A stretch of DNA of 60,019 nt, counting the filler, from Catajapyx aquilonaris (Eukaryota): assembly GCA_000934665.2 (NCBI GenBank). It is 3 parts of 3 records of this genome, joined end to end, with 100 filler letters (N's around TTAATTAATTAA, not from the genome) between each part and the next. Parts side by side here need not be neighbours in the genome. Positions count along the whole stretch, not along the records: positions 1 to 19,790 come from JYFJ02006393.1; 2 more parts are not named here. The stretch is one strand, 5' to 3'. The translations under genes and the position numbers were made by a program. The notes under the pieces were generated by a model, which was given only the letters and a program-made list of their open reading frames with translations, was not told the origin of the DNA and did no database searches. Shown one piece after another: positions 1-12,330 of the stretch (the first letter of the stretch is position 1; each line of letters starts with the position of its first letter).

Positions 1-543
1 GGTGGTCAGCCATTAGTATTTCATTGTCTGAAAATTGTACGTAGTTTACCCAAGTGTCCTATTTATTTCCAAGTTAATCCTGGGCATCTAAAAATCCCTA
101 AAATAATGATTCAACTTTGCCATAAAGAGAATGGAGGAGAGCAAATTAATGTCCTTGACTCATACTCTCCTGGGTACTTGTATTTTTTCCAGGGAGGTCC
201 TATATTGCTCCAAAAGATAAAGATTTTGCATACACTTTCAATACAAAATCGTCTTCATCTTTTTGAGCAATACAGTACTTTCCAGCACTCTGCTTGCTGT
301 CATGTAAATATTCCGAATTAAAGAATTTCGCACTCCATTTTATATCACTCACAAGGGACAGTCCCCGGGTGATAATGACAGATCTTGATGAAACTTAACA
401 TGCTAATACAGGATTTTATGTACCCTCCCCATTCATGAAGAACAATAATACAACAAAAATTAAAGCAAATTGGCAGCATGCAAGACAGAAAAAATCCTCT
501 TGAATACTATGGACTACTATTACTATGCTATTAATTCCCTTAC

Positions 544-1541
544 CACCATGATGGCAATACGACCACCAACATCACCAACGACATTAATGGGAGGCTTCTC
601 CTTGGCGGGATGCATGGGCATTCCCACACCAACATCCATGGTCCTAGAACGAGGGACACAAGGCGGGGAATATCGGCCATCCACCATGTCAGAATCAGCT
701 TCCTTCTGCTCCCCGTGAATCACAGCGATGCCTAAGCGGAGGCGCTCAGCATAGGAAGTAGCTTTCTTTGCAGACCCAGGATTCCTGGCTACTATGACTG
801 CATTGCGGTAGTCAGGAATCTACAACGAGAAAGAGTGCTTTACAAGACATCAGATTCATAAAAAGTAACAAAACTTACGCATTCTTGGATGTACTGAAGA
901 AGGAAGGGCGATGCACGAAGGTTATCCACAGGGCAGTCAAAGAAGCCTTGAATTTCTTTCTGATGTAAATCCATTGTAATAACATGGGACAATCCGGACT
1001 TGCACATCATCTTGGCAAGCAATTTGGAGACAATGCAACCTCGTTTCCGCATCTTGCCTGTGTCATAATGAAGCAATATTAGTGCCATAAAACACATGGC
1101 CAAAATATAAAATCATATTTACATTGCTTGCTGTATGGAAGATATGGAATGACACCGACTATCGTCCTTGCTGATGAGGTCTTGCAGGCATAAGCCATGA
1201 TCAGCAATTCCATCACATTATTGTTGACATCTCTGGAAAGTTAAAATTCCATTACATGTTCAACAACAGTTATTAACTTTCCCACTTACTTGGTGCCAGT
1301 CTGAATGATGTAGACATCTTTGCCTCGAACAGAATCTCCTATTTCAACCATGGTTTCTCGGTTTGTCTTGTGGTACACAGAACAGCAACCAGTCTTGATG
1401 CCAAGACGACTGCAAAAGGTAGATGTTGGTCATGTTTCCAAAAGCAGGCCCTAGCTTAAGCACTCACCTTGCAATCAAGTTAGCAAGATCAGGATGGGAA
1501 TTCCCAGCGATGAGCATAATTTCTGTTGGGGCTGCCTCCAT
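544..1541 (-). CDS. PRPSAP: Phosphoribosyl pyrophosphate synthase-associated protein (PRPSAP1/2-like), 5' portion; exons 1541-1468, 1409-1290, 1232-1123, 1057-879, 819-544
   Basis: GT-AG introns with matching phases splice to [32 protein letters not shown]...[91 protein letters not shown]...[20 protein letters not shown]...[31 protein letters not shown] and the DGRxSPP insert distinguish PRPSAP from catalytic PRPS. An in-frame stop lies upstream of the ATG; the acceptor of the ATG exon is at 1600. The CDS continues beyond the window start. Confidence 0.95.
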
Positions 1542-3551
1542 TTTCTTGGCGCAAATAGTTGCACTATTGGACAGACACAATCAAATGTGCCACCACCTTC
1601 TGGAATAGTCATCAAGGGGATCATATAAGATTTACAAGCTGCCACCTCAAAGACGCACATGATCAGTCAATAGTCTAGTCATAATGTCTCATACATGGGT
1701 CATTCAAAATGAAAATGAGCCAGTCAACTGTATGCAAGCATGGTTATGAATAAGTCCAGGAACAAGTATGCTACAAATTCAGACGGCGACTCAGTGGGTC
1801 AAGAGATCGGTTGATCTACAATTTTTAGTGGAAGATGTTCCCGATAATGTCAGATGAGAAATGAAACCCAGTTTTGTCCTGTCCATTCTGGTATTTGGGG
1901 TATCTGCAATTTGTAATTTTTGCAATGTAAAACCACCACAGGAGGCACTACGAACATTAGATAACGTTTATGTCTTAACACTAATTAGACTGACGGTTTT
2001 CTTGTGTTTTTGCAAGAATCTGCAAAAAAATCGCTTTCGTCGTCATTTGAGGGACCACACATGACTAATCTAGTGAGTAACATTGTGTAGTGTCTAGGCT
2101 TGATACTGAGGCCATATATGGGACCCTCTTGCCATACCATGCAGAGATTTAAATCTTTAAACATCTCAGCAGGTGCCGCAGGGGTGCGTTTCGCGCCTAT
2201 GCATTTTTTCATCCAAATTTTTGTCACTCCTGCGATGACAAGAAGTATATGTGTATGTCGCCCTGGCGCTGCTGAACAGACCAGTACGCATGAATAATTA
2301 TGTCACAGGACAGGCATCCCAGCTACAGAGACAAACATACACCCCCCAGGCGAGTGTAAACCTGCCTTGCTCCACAGGTGCCAATAAATTGATTACTGCC
2401 GTATTTCTAATTGTTTTATAAAACCGACCGGGGTTGTCGCCACCTACGATTTTTCCCCACCCCCTCGTGCGCGCTTGACCCGTGACTCTGAACCACCCTG
2501 TATATGTCACGCCCGTCCTATTCGGGTTAAAGCAATGGTAAATGATGGTCAATTTTTAGAGTAGCATATTGTTCACTAAAACTGATATTAAATGAAATTA
2601 TTTGTCAACACTGGTTAATGAGGTTCAGGCCCCTTCAAATGGGGTATCATTCATTCCAGTTGTAATGAAGATCTGGTATTTTGAATACTTAAGACTCATA
2701 ATCTTCTATTACTTCAAATATAAAAAATATAAACAATCTAACATTCTTAATGCCTCCTGTAATGGATAATTTTACAAAATTTCAAATCTCAAGTGTGGAT
2801 TTTTGCAACACTGGAAGTCTAGAATAGATTTAACAAAACATTCAATTTTTATGACATTACTAGCAACAACTACCAATAAAATTTTTAGTAGTTCAAGGGA
2901 AAAATGACTATACAGCAATTCCATTTGTGAGAGGGGCAAGACTGCCAAAAGCTATTCCAAAGAGAACTTTCTCTAGGTTTTATGAGACCTAACTGCCATA
3001 TGGACAAATGACTCTTGGAGAGCTTGCTACATGCAAATACACTCCCCAAGAACAATGAGACTTCTGGATCAAATGTCCAATGCAACTGTCACAAAGGAGC
3101 TGAACAGAGAATTATTCTGAAAGCACTGTTAGAAGATGGTCTATTGGACATTTGGTCCAGAAGTGGAACAGGCATCTCAATGGCCATGTGAATAAACCTC
3201 ACACTCCAAGATTTTACTGTCTCTTGGGTTAGTTACCCTCCCTCTTCTATCCCATACTCCTTCGTGTCACCCAATGTTAAGGGATCTTGAACCCAAACAG
3301 GTCTGGCGGTATGTCCATTTTGGCATTTCTTCTGGCCATATGCCATTTAGATGCTAATTAAATTTGGTCCATGGTTACATGCCACTTGTCGTGATTTTTA
3401 GAATAATATTGTTCCAGGACTTATTCATAACCATGTCTGTGTATAGCTGACTTATTACTGCACATAAAGGACTAGAATTTTTAAAATCTGCATCAGTTGG
3501 GGTGGGGGGGGGGGGGGGGGGCTCGGCTGCACTACCANAATCAGCGCCGCT

Positions 3552-3806
3552 AATTCTCAGATGTGCAGGAAAAAGAGCATAAGTCAAAAAAGTTAATTTG
3601 TCAGGAGAGCAGATTATCTTAAATGCTGGACTCCTTGTAAAGATGACATACCCTTGCTCACACATTTTTTTTCATAGCCTTGTTTTAGGGCTTGACATGC
3701 AGCCTTCTGGCAGAACCAAGAGGGACTCCTTGTGACCATAACAGGACACACAACTCCATTTGCACATTTTCTGACATATGCTCTTTTTCCCGCGCATCCA
3801 AGAATT
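3552..3806. mobile_element. Small MITE with ~40-bp terminal inverted repeats
   Basis: aattctcagatgtgcaggaaaaagagcataagtcaaaaaa pairs with the reverse complement of ttttctgacatatgctctttttcccgcgcatccaagaatt. AATT on both sides could be the TSD. Confidence 0.65.
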
Positions 3807-6581
3807 TGCATGCAAATGGATAGAAAATATTTGTAACAAAAACCAAGATAATGACAATTTTCTGCTTCTTGCATGCAATGAATGTTCTTTCATTCCAGCG
3901 AGCCTGAGGTAACTTTCAACAAGTACTTTGAAATAACTACAATGCCATGCCACACTAGCTACAGCAGATCTGAGGTTCCTTTTTGGAAAGGATTATTACA
4001 CGTAACTGCAAAACTGACTTCTGTTACATGCAATCATGATCATGAGTATGTGGCTGTGAAGGGTTGTCGATAACTCCTTCACTATGGGCAGGAAGGACAA
4101 TTCCAAGACCAAACTTCTCTGACAATATCTGCCTGGGAGATGTTGCTACCACATATGCCACGTAGCAGAGTTGGCTAACCAGCAGAATATTCCCTTACAC
4201 CCACATGGCAATGACACAAAAACTGATATAGCATTGCATGTCATAATGATGCGTCCTAGTCAAAAATTACACAGGTACAAATATTTTGGTCTTGCAATAC
4301 ATCAAGGCATCACCCACTTGCCCATTATGTGAAAGTAACTGACCACTCTGCTTATTAATAAGTAATGAAGCCATGCAGAATATTGTCAAATTATTTGCGA
4401 TATGATTTCAGGCCAACTATTGGCTGCAAAAATTAACAAATAACACGTTCATCCAAGCACATGTTTGTATTTATCAGGTATGGAGTAGTTTCTATGTGAT
4501 TACACAACACTACTTCACAATTTAGCTGTGAAACTTACATTGGAAGTAAACCAGCTTTAGCTTCATTGGAAAATCATGTTGATAGTAGGAACTACTTCCA
4601 GGAAAATCTGGATATGGTAATGTCGTGCTAGTGCTGGAAACATTAATAGGAGGTAGGTAAGGACTAGGCGATGGTAATGGAGAGTGAAGTTCAAAAAGCA
4701 CAGCAAGAAAACACAGTGGCACTCATTGACTTTCAAATTAACTGTTGTAACAATAACATTCCACTTATTAGTATGCTGTATCATGCCAGAGCATGTAAAT
4801 GCTTTTTCAGTTACATAAGTACAACCTTGTAAAATACGAACATTACTTTTTGGATAGGCACTGTGATCGTGGCTTATTTCAAGTTTCTGCTAGCACTCTT
4901 TGTTTAATTACTAAAAAGCCAAGGGGTAAGTCTCTTCTGAAGTCCATCTGACACTTCCCTGTAAATATGGATTTAGGCCAACTGGACTCCCTGTAAGTTC
5001 AAGAAAAAAATCAGGCCATATTCCCTTAAGTCCAAAGTCCATCATACTGAAACATCAGGTGACTTACCCCTTCCCAAAGCCCTTCAATATGGAAGAACTT
5101 AACTTGTTGATCACAGAACACCATTTCAAAATAGCACATAATTATAATTCACATATTTTATTGGTGTGATTGTGGAAAAGACTTCCACAGGAGTGTAAAT
5201 CTGGGTACTGGGCACCAAAAGTGCCCTAGTTTGCATGTAAAAACAGATTTCGGCTTTACAACATATATGGTAAAAAATGACGTGACCACAATTTCAATTT
5301 GTTTAATGCTTTCTTTAAAATATGCTGAAACTTATGACGAGTTAGAACTAGGTACAGTACAATGCAATAAAAACCTCTCTACATGTTTCTACAAATATAT
5401 TTTTCTAAAAGTTACTATCAATGACTTGATTCAAATTTTTTTCTGCTGATGAAATACTAAAATTATCTGATTTTCACAAAATTTACAGTGGAATAGTATA
5501 CCTTAGGTTATCACAAATATGAAAAGTGTGACGTAGGCTACACCACTTTTTCAGTCTGGATTTGGGCCCTTGTTCTATTGGCACATTCAGTTATTTCAAG
5601 CTTAGAGTGAAACTTCGAGTGCACTGCTTTTAGTTAGTCATTAAAGCATTATGTGGAGTAAGTGTTGTTCATCACCCATAGAACATTGTATTCTTACTAT
5701 CCTTTGCCAACTCTGCACCTAGTGAGTCAGAACTGTAAGTCATCAAGCTGCCAGTTGCTAGACTGGTCCAAAACAAGTCTAAAATGTAGAGGTGAAAAAT
5801 GTTGAAACATCAACTGTTAACACTGTAAGCAATGATGAGAGTAACTCATGACTCCAACTATTATCAGAGGCTTACATAATATGTTCCAGGTTGGCTCTGA
5901 ACATTTTTCAACCAGTTTAGACTTTTTTGGGCCAACTTAGCCACTGGTGGCTGGCTTACCTGCAGTTCTCATTCAACGTGTAGATTGTACAGTACAAGCC
6001 ATATTCCCAAGTGAAATTTCCTTGCCACTTTAAAAACTCTGCTCCTCATTTGCCTACTGTAGTCTTTAACTGCTTTCTTGTTGTGGAATCCTTTTGCTGT
6101 AGGGAAACTTTGCCAAAAACCTGCACCACTACTCTTCCAATAAAGTTCCCACCTTTTATTATGCACTTTGAGTAGTTATTATGAAAATTGGAACCACTTA
6201 TAACAGTAATTCCACTACAAATACTAGGAAGAAAACTACAGTGGGACTCAATGTCTCTGAGGAGAATGGAAAATTTATTATCATGGCTAAAAGCTTTGTA
6301 GAAGGAAACAATCAGTAGCATCAGGAGCTCTTGTTAGCATCTATATTATTAATACCCTACTGTGATGGCGATTCCTCCCACTGTGTACGGCCTACAGCAT
6401 TGGAAGGAATGTCAAAATTTAGCCAGCGTGTCCTTTATTTGCAATAAACGTTTTTTTTTTTTTTTTGGAAATAGAGTCCAGGGAATATATGAAACGCAAA
6501 AAACGCCGCCCGCCTAAGAAAACCAACTGCCACGGAGTTCCCGTAAACGCCATTCTGGCCGCGGGCACTACCTCCGCACCA

Positions 6582-6670
6582 TCTTACTTCAGTACTTCGC
6601 CGTCGGATGTCGCTGCCTGGTCCGCGTCTCTTTCTCTCTCCCTCCACTTTCGCAATTTTGCCAAAAAAAA
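6582..6670 (-). promoter_or_regulatory. Probable non-coding first exon and CpG-rich promoter region of the PRPSAP-like gene
   Basis: CpG-rich island (6500-6680) with a minus-strand donor GAA|GTAAGA at about 6587. A second minus-strand donor CAG|GTAAGC lies at about 5959. Confidence 0.5.
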
Positions 6671-6989
6671 ATCGCCAAAATTTGGCAAGTTGGTGCCTAG
6701 TTGTGTTCAGATTGCTACTCTGTTGTTAACTTTTCTGACTTGATGTGATACTTGTGATATTATCCGTCTGGAAACCCTTGAAGCAAGTTTGGGGGTAAGT
6801 TTGGACCAAAGTTTCAAAGTGAACTGTACGCTGACCTAAGATAACCTACCCTACCCTAACCATCTCTTACTTTATTTTTTTACATTACCCCATTAGAGAG
6901 AACGGAGCTCTTTTAAGGGGACAGGGGGTGGGGGGGGGGGAGGACCACCGCCAATTCAATTTTCTTATATTTTTCTTCAACTCCGNGTT

Positions 6990-7187
6990 GGGGAGGAGAC
7001 GCAGGTGTAATATCAGAAAAGGGGTCATGTGCAGTCTCCCAGGAGGTTAGGTTGCCAAGGCCTCCAAGGCGCAGGTCAGAGACCCTCCTGACGCAGGCGA
7101 AAGGGAACACCCGGGTGGAGCTCAAACCCGGGACCTTTTGCACAGCCAAGCCAAGACATTTCCGTCTTGGCCACCACGCCTCCCCCC
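6990..7187 (-). mobile_element. tRNA-derived SINE (family D)
   Basis: Head ggaggcgtggtggccaagacgg...gggtttgagctcc followed by ccctttcgcctgcgtcag; homologous copy at 52290-52562. The 3' boundary is approximate. Confidence 0.7.
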
Positions 7188-7496
7188 TAACAATCTCTTT
7201 CATCTTATTTGGCTGGCATGGAAGTAAGGTGGCACACCCGACCCTAAAGCAAGGGAAGTTCACCAGCCTAGATGTACATGTTTTTTCACACTGAAATTTT
7301 GACACCATCCAGATTCTGTGTTAGGTCCTTGTGTCAATGTGTAGTGGTAGTCCTAGTTGGTAACCTGAGAATGATCAGACAATAGAATATGGGGGCCCTC
7401 TACTAATGTAACTTCCCCTAACCACTTCATTCAGCACCACTGGGCAATATCATATTGAAAGACATAGAACATAATATTTCAAGTGTGGTATATTAA

Positions 7497-7840
7497 GGGG
7501 AGACGGAGTGGCGCTGCGGTAACGTATGCGGCCACGGATGTAAGGGCCCCGGGTTCGATACCAAGCCCGGGCATCCCCCCCCCTTCATCCCGTGCAGAGT
7601 TCGGGGTCACCTCTGGCTTCTTCTTAGGTGAAATTTCCGCTCGAGTAACCACCCGGGGAGTTCACAAAATGACCGCAGCAACTCTACTCCACTGCACATT
7701 GCACGTCCCCTCCCACTCATTCCCCCTCGCTCCGGGCATTACGATAAAGAACCAATAAAATCTTGTACACTTAAAGCAAATAAAGGTAGCGTGCCAGATG
7801 CCCATCATGGAAGGTGCACTAAACCCAATTATTATTATTA
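7497..7840 (+). mobile_element. tRNA-derived SINE (family A) with (ATT)n tail
   Basis: A box TGGCGCTGCGG, B box GGTTCGATACC; body homologous to 9713-10097. Confidence 0.85.
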
Positions 7841-7862
7841 AGTATGATATATTACAATAATC

Positions 7863-8302
7863 TAATCCCGGTGCCGGAAACTCTAACCGTGGTTTTCTGT
7901 GGTTTCCCACGGTTCCTCCAGGATAATTCCAGAGTTGTTTCCTAAACTAATAGGCCACAGCCACCTCCTTCCTTTCCTATCCCAATAAGCGCAGTAAAAA
8001 CGAAACGAAGAGTTCCAGTCAAAACAAAACAAAACAAATTCCCCCCTAACGAGCCGCCGGCTGATAACGGGGTATGAATTATTAATTATAATAATAATTA
8101 TTATATTACAATAATCTGATATCTTTGTGTAAAGTGCTGGTCAATTATAATAATAATAATTGATACCCCATTATCAGCCCTTTGGGCTTTATTAGGGGGG
8201 GATTTCTCCCAATTTTTTGTCTGGAACTCTTTCTATTTTTACTATACTTTTTCATCGGAATTTAGGCAAGGATAGGTAAGGAAGGAAGCGGCTGTGGCCT
8301 AT
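7863..8302. mobile_element. Two partial family-C SINE copies, tail to tail
   Basis: 7863-8100 (+) matches 14314-14540; 8146-8302 (-) matches the 3' part of the same element. Confidence 0.75.
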
Positions 8303-8594
8303 AATAAGTGCTGGTCAATTATATCCAGGTACCTTGCATCTAGTTGAAGTTCAAACGGCATACCGATTTTTAAGAGAACATTTTTAGGTGGCATTTCTGA
8401 TTATTCTTAAGTCTCTAGCCCGACTAATAAAAGTAGAAATTACATAATGTGGTTCCACTTTCCATTTGCACCCACCCAACCTGCACACTTGGAAACCCGA
8501 CTTTGTAAGAGCAGGCCATGTAATCAAAACCCCATGCATGAGATATCCCCCAATTCATCCAGTTATTGCCGTCCAAAAATCCTTGGCACCCATC

Positions 8595-8666
8595 TGCCCC
8601 CGCTGGGAGTCGAACCCAGGTCCATACCCACACGGAGCATGTGTTCTGCCACTAAACTACAGGGAC
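8595..8666 (-). mobile_element. tRNA-like head of a SINE, or tRNA pseudogene
   Basis: GTCCCTG-TAGTTTAGTGGCAGAAC...CTGGGTTCGACTCCCAG-CGGGGGCA: A and B boxes, acceptor and T stems present; anticodon arm irregular. Confidence 0.6.
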
Positions 8667-9248
8667 TCTGGAGCCGAGGCCTAGTATGGCAATAAATGCG
8701 TCTCATATTCGCACCCCATTTTGGTCTCCTTCACACGCAACAAATCAAGCCCCTCTCGGCACACAAGCTGTGCATACTCACCCGAATCTGATGCAGGGGC
8801 AGGCGCAGCAAAGGACCAGCCGGGACCAGCACTAAAGAGCGTCGCTTCAGGCAACACAGAACGCCGTGAACATGTCCGCCATTCTATCCCAGGCAGCCCA
8901 CAGGTGACAGTGGTGCCAACTGGTGCTCCCCACTTACCTCTCGTAGTGCTTTTCTCTCCGTCCGCCAGATGCCCTCACTGTACCGCATACATTGTACGCA
9001 TGCTTTTCTCCATGCTTCCGTGATGCTTGAATTTACACTTTGCAGTTTATTTTCGCCGATTTTCGCACAATGATTCGGATTTCCAGGCCGATGGACAGAC
9101 GCAGCTTTCAGAAGAGCTGCTTCCGACACGTGAGTGCGTTTTGTACAGGCTGGCCAGGTATCAGCGAGAAGTTACATCTTGGTATTGTAATAATAGTGTA
9201 GATTTACAGTACGACACACTGCTGACGGGACTGCAGATTTCTTTTTAA

Positions 9249-9706
9249 CCCTTAACTACGGAGGTGGGCGAAACACATTTAACTACGTAGGTGGAGCCTG
9301 AGCGGCTCCAACGGTATATTTAAATTTCTGCTTATCAACTAAATTGTTATATTGGACTTTTCACGTACAGAAAGTGCAGTTCAGATCATTAGGCTTCCGA
9401 AAACGTAAAAATCCCACGCTGAGTCAGCATATTCTGACAGGGAAAAATTTTAACTAAAAGGTTACATCATGTTTGAGCCGGTCAGGCTTCACCTACATAG
9501 GTAGAGCCTGAGTGGGTCCAGGAGGGACCTGTTCCTCGTTACGAATGTTTTAAAACCAAAGAATAGGAACTCAAAATTTGTTTCTTTCCTTTTCATGCTT
9601 AGGAAGGTTTTTCTGACAAAGTCACGGAAGGACAGGAAAATAAAATTCAATGAAAAAGTTACATGCGTTTAAATAGTGCTTGGAGCCTCTCAGGCTCCAC
9701 CTACGT

Positions 9707-9770
<64 letters not shown>

Positions 9771-10113
9771 TGTGGGGGTAGTGCTTCACCTTTCGGCGTT
9801 CGGCACGGACCTTTATTATTTGATCATACATAGTGTACAAGTTGGAGCCATTGAGAAGCGCCCGGGCCCACAGGCAGGATGACAGGAGGGGATGTGCAAG
9901 TGCAGTGCATCTGACATGGTGGCCATTTTTAGTGAACTCCCCCGAGTGGTTTAGTCTGTGGAAATCCCACCCGAGATGAAGCCAGAGGTGACCCTGAACT
10001 CTGCACGAGATGAAGGGGGTGTCCCCGGGTTGGGATCGAACCCGGGACCTTAACATCCGTGGGCGCGAACGTTACCGTTGCACCACTCCGCCTCCCCCCT
10101 ACGTAGTTAAGGG
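9249..10113. mobile_element. piggyBac-type MITE interrupted by a SINE
   Basis: TTAA|CCCTTAACTACGGAGGTGG ... CCACCTACGTAGTTAAGGG|TTAA; internal repeats of aggtggagcctgag. Confidence 0.85.
9713..10097 (-). mobile_element. Full-length tRNA-derived SINE (family A) with long (ATT)n tail
   Basis: A box TGGTGCAACGG, B box GGTTCGATCCC; 13-bp TSD cctacgtagttaa at 9700-9712 and 10098-10110. Confidence 0.9.
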
Positions 10114-10283
10114 TTAATGTCCTCGACCCCTACGCTGCCCGAAGGTCATGTAATATCTGTTGAATGGCTGTAATTATTGATCAGACGAGTAATGTGGCAG
10201 GCTGCCTGGCATTTCGGACACAAACTTGGAGATTTTTATATTCATTGACAAAGCTGTGCCTTGTACGAGGGCCGTACCAAAAT

Positions 10284-11151
10284 GATTTACAATTTATTTT
10301 TTTGCCGAAAATACAGGGACCATGCAGGTCGGCAAATAGGCACACACTATTGACAGAACCCTCTCGCAGCCGAATGCACAGGAGTCATAGGTGTGGCAAC
10401 CTCTCCAGGTCCCCCAGGAACCACTCTTTGCAGGTGCGACGCACCTACTACCAGACAACTCGGGACAACTGCTCAGACAGCAACTATCAACAATGTCCTT
10501 AAAATGGCATCGGCAAAGGAATTTTTCCATGGATCTTGCTTCGAGTGCTTCCACACCCACTGTACTCCCGCAGCCTGGCTTTGTTTGTTTGTTTGTTTGT
10601 TTGTTTGTTTGTAATACCCCGTGATAGGGCCAGGGGCCCTCTTGGGGGNGGGGGGGGGGGAGATTCCCGTAGTCATTTCTGACCATCTTAAATATACCAG
10701 GCCTTTTCTCTTGGCCATGGGCAGAGAAGGGAGTGCAATATTCTTCCCGGACATGTCGGGTGAAAAGGGGAAAAAGACCTGACCAAGCGAAGGTGCGCGA
10801 AGGTGACTGCCTGACGTGGACGGAATTTGAACCCTGGACCTCCCGCTTGGCTGGCCAGTAGAATAGCCACTAGACCACCATGCCCCCTGCCTCCAGTGAC
10901 TTTCATCTGTTCGAATATATTTAAAAAGTCCCTTCGCCGATGCCATTTCGAGGACATTGTTTTGTTGACTGTGAAGAGTTGTCCGGGAGTCGGTGCGCCA
11001 CACCACCAAAAAGTGGTTCCTGGAGGGCCTGGAGATGTGGACCACTGCCAGTGCCAGTGGATTCTGTTCCAGGAGGATTGTATCTATAATATGTGTTTAG
11101 TTTTCGACCTGCATGGGCGTTGTGCCTGTGGCAAAAAACAAATTGTAAATC
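10284..11151. mobile_element. Long-TIR (foldback) non-autonomous DNA element, ~240-bp diverged arms
   Basis: 10284-10530 is an inverted copy of 10920-11151 (GATTTACAATTT...AAATTGTAAATC); flanked by duplicated AT; splits a LINE reading frame. Confidence 0.75.
10580..10887 (-). mobile_element. tRNA-derived SINE (family B) with (AAAC)n tail
   Basis: A box TGGTCTAGTGG, B box GGTTCAAATTCC; homologous to 15989-16254 and 33658-33870. Confidence 0.85.
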
Positions 11152-11400
11152 ATGTGCTGGACCGTCAGAGAAGGGGCATGGTGGCAGTGGCCGCAGAGAG
11201 GGGGGCCGTCCTCGCCCCTGAGGAGGTGGCCGTGGGTGAGGCTGGTGTGTCTCATCCTGAGCCTGGCCAGAACGACCTCCTCCCTCTGGTCATTGGAGGT
11301 CGTTAGGGCCAGGCTCAGAATGGGGCACACCCGCCTCACCCACGGCCACCTCCTCAGGGGTGCCTGGTGGGTAGGCAACCCATCGTACTAGAAGGTTGCG
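11152..11400 (-). pseudogene. Non-LTR retrotransposon (I-group-like) ORF2 C-terminal relic with an internal tandem duplication
   Basis: REEVVLARLRMRHTSLTHGHLLRGEDGPPLCGHCH...LTVQH, continuing as ILV.. below 10284; this resembles the CCHC-bearing C-terminus of RNase H-containing LINEs. Confidence 0.75.
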
Positions 11401-11699
11401 TTCATCAGGTTTTGCAATTGACACTCGCAATTGTTTTCACCTTCGTCTCCTCCACATGCGACACACCTGATATATATGCAAGTTTCGAGTATGGTGGGTT
11501 GCCTACCCACCAGGCGCAACCGACCAAAGGTGGAAACGGCTGTACCCCCATACGAGGGCATTTCCGGACATGGGTACCGAAGCTCAAAATACTTGCCTAT
11601 GGGGCCTCTACCCACCCTGTGATTTTTGCCAGAGTTAGCGGATCCACCCTGTATACTAAACCAAATGTAATTCTTCCAATCGGGGGAGGGAAAGTAATA

Positions 11700-11970
11700 T
11701 ACAAAACAATAAAGTTAGGATCAATTTCAATTATTTCTGGCTTCAAACTAGTTTGGGCCAGGAGTAACAGACCCCCTCAAATATCTGCCGACCTAGTTGC
11801 TGGGGACAGGTATATGTTACAGTTTTTCACCTCCATCATCGTTTTTTCATCCTGTGACCAAGTCTCAGTGAAACCGTAGCAGCCTGATGTAAGGAGTAGG
11901 TCACTGATGGCCTCTCCAATAATATTGCTAATGGTCTTCCTTAGCGTGAGACCTGGAGCTCTGACACTTG
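11700..11970 (-). pseudogene. Degraded LINE apurinic-endonuclease domain fragment
   Basis: Minus-strand translation gives ..DLLLTSGCYGFTETWSQD..IYLSPATRS.. and, after a lesion, GLLLLAQTSLKP; resembles the APE xTETW and GGV motifs. Confidence 0.5.
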
Positions 11971-12181
11971 TCTTTTTTAACGCCTCGTGTTGGAAAATAC
12001 TACATACCCAAAGTCAACGTTGCATAGGCAATGTCCTTTTCATTGTTTACAGGGAAATAAGTATTGAAGAGCAATATGTTATGAAAACTTGTATGACTTA
12101 TTTACCTACTACAATTCTGAGAGGTATATCAATTTTGTTAGGGGATACGTAGAAGAACTGTCACAATTTTGAATACAGTAC

Positions 12182-12330
12182 TACAGTGCGGAAAACGAAA
12201 CTACGATCTGACGTCATCATTCTGTTCTCATGCAACAATAGGAGTAAACAACTTTCTTTTTGTTGACACTGTTTACTCATATTGTTGTGTGACGATGACG
12301 TCAGATTGTCGTTTCGTTTTCCGCACAGTA
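12182..12330. mobile_element. TA-flanked MITE with ~37-bp TIRs
   Basis: tacagtgcggaaaacgaaactacgatctgacgtcatc versus gatgacgtcagattgtcgtttcgttttccgcacagta. Confidence 0.8.

Noticed and set aside
8595..8666. Functional tRNA gene
   Set aside because: Anticodon arm is irregular, no poly-T terminator follows, and the window is full of tRNA-headed SINEs.
9709..10056. ORFs with poly-Tyr (here) or poly-Ile (42128-42355)
   Set aside because: Translations of (ATT)n microsatellites or SINE tails.
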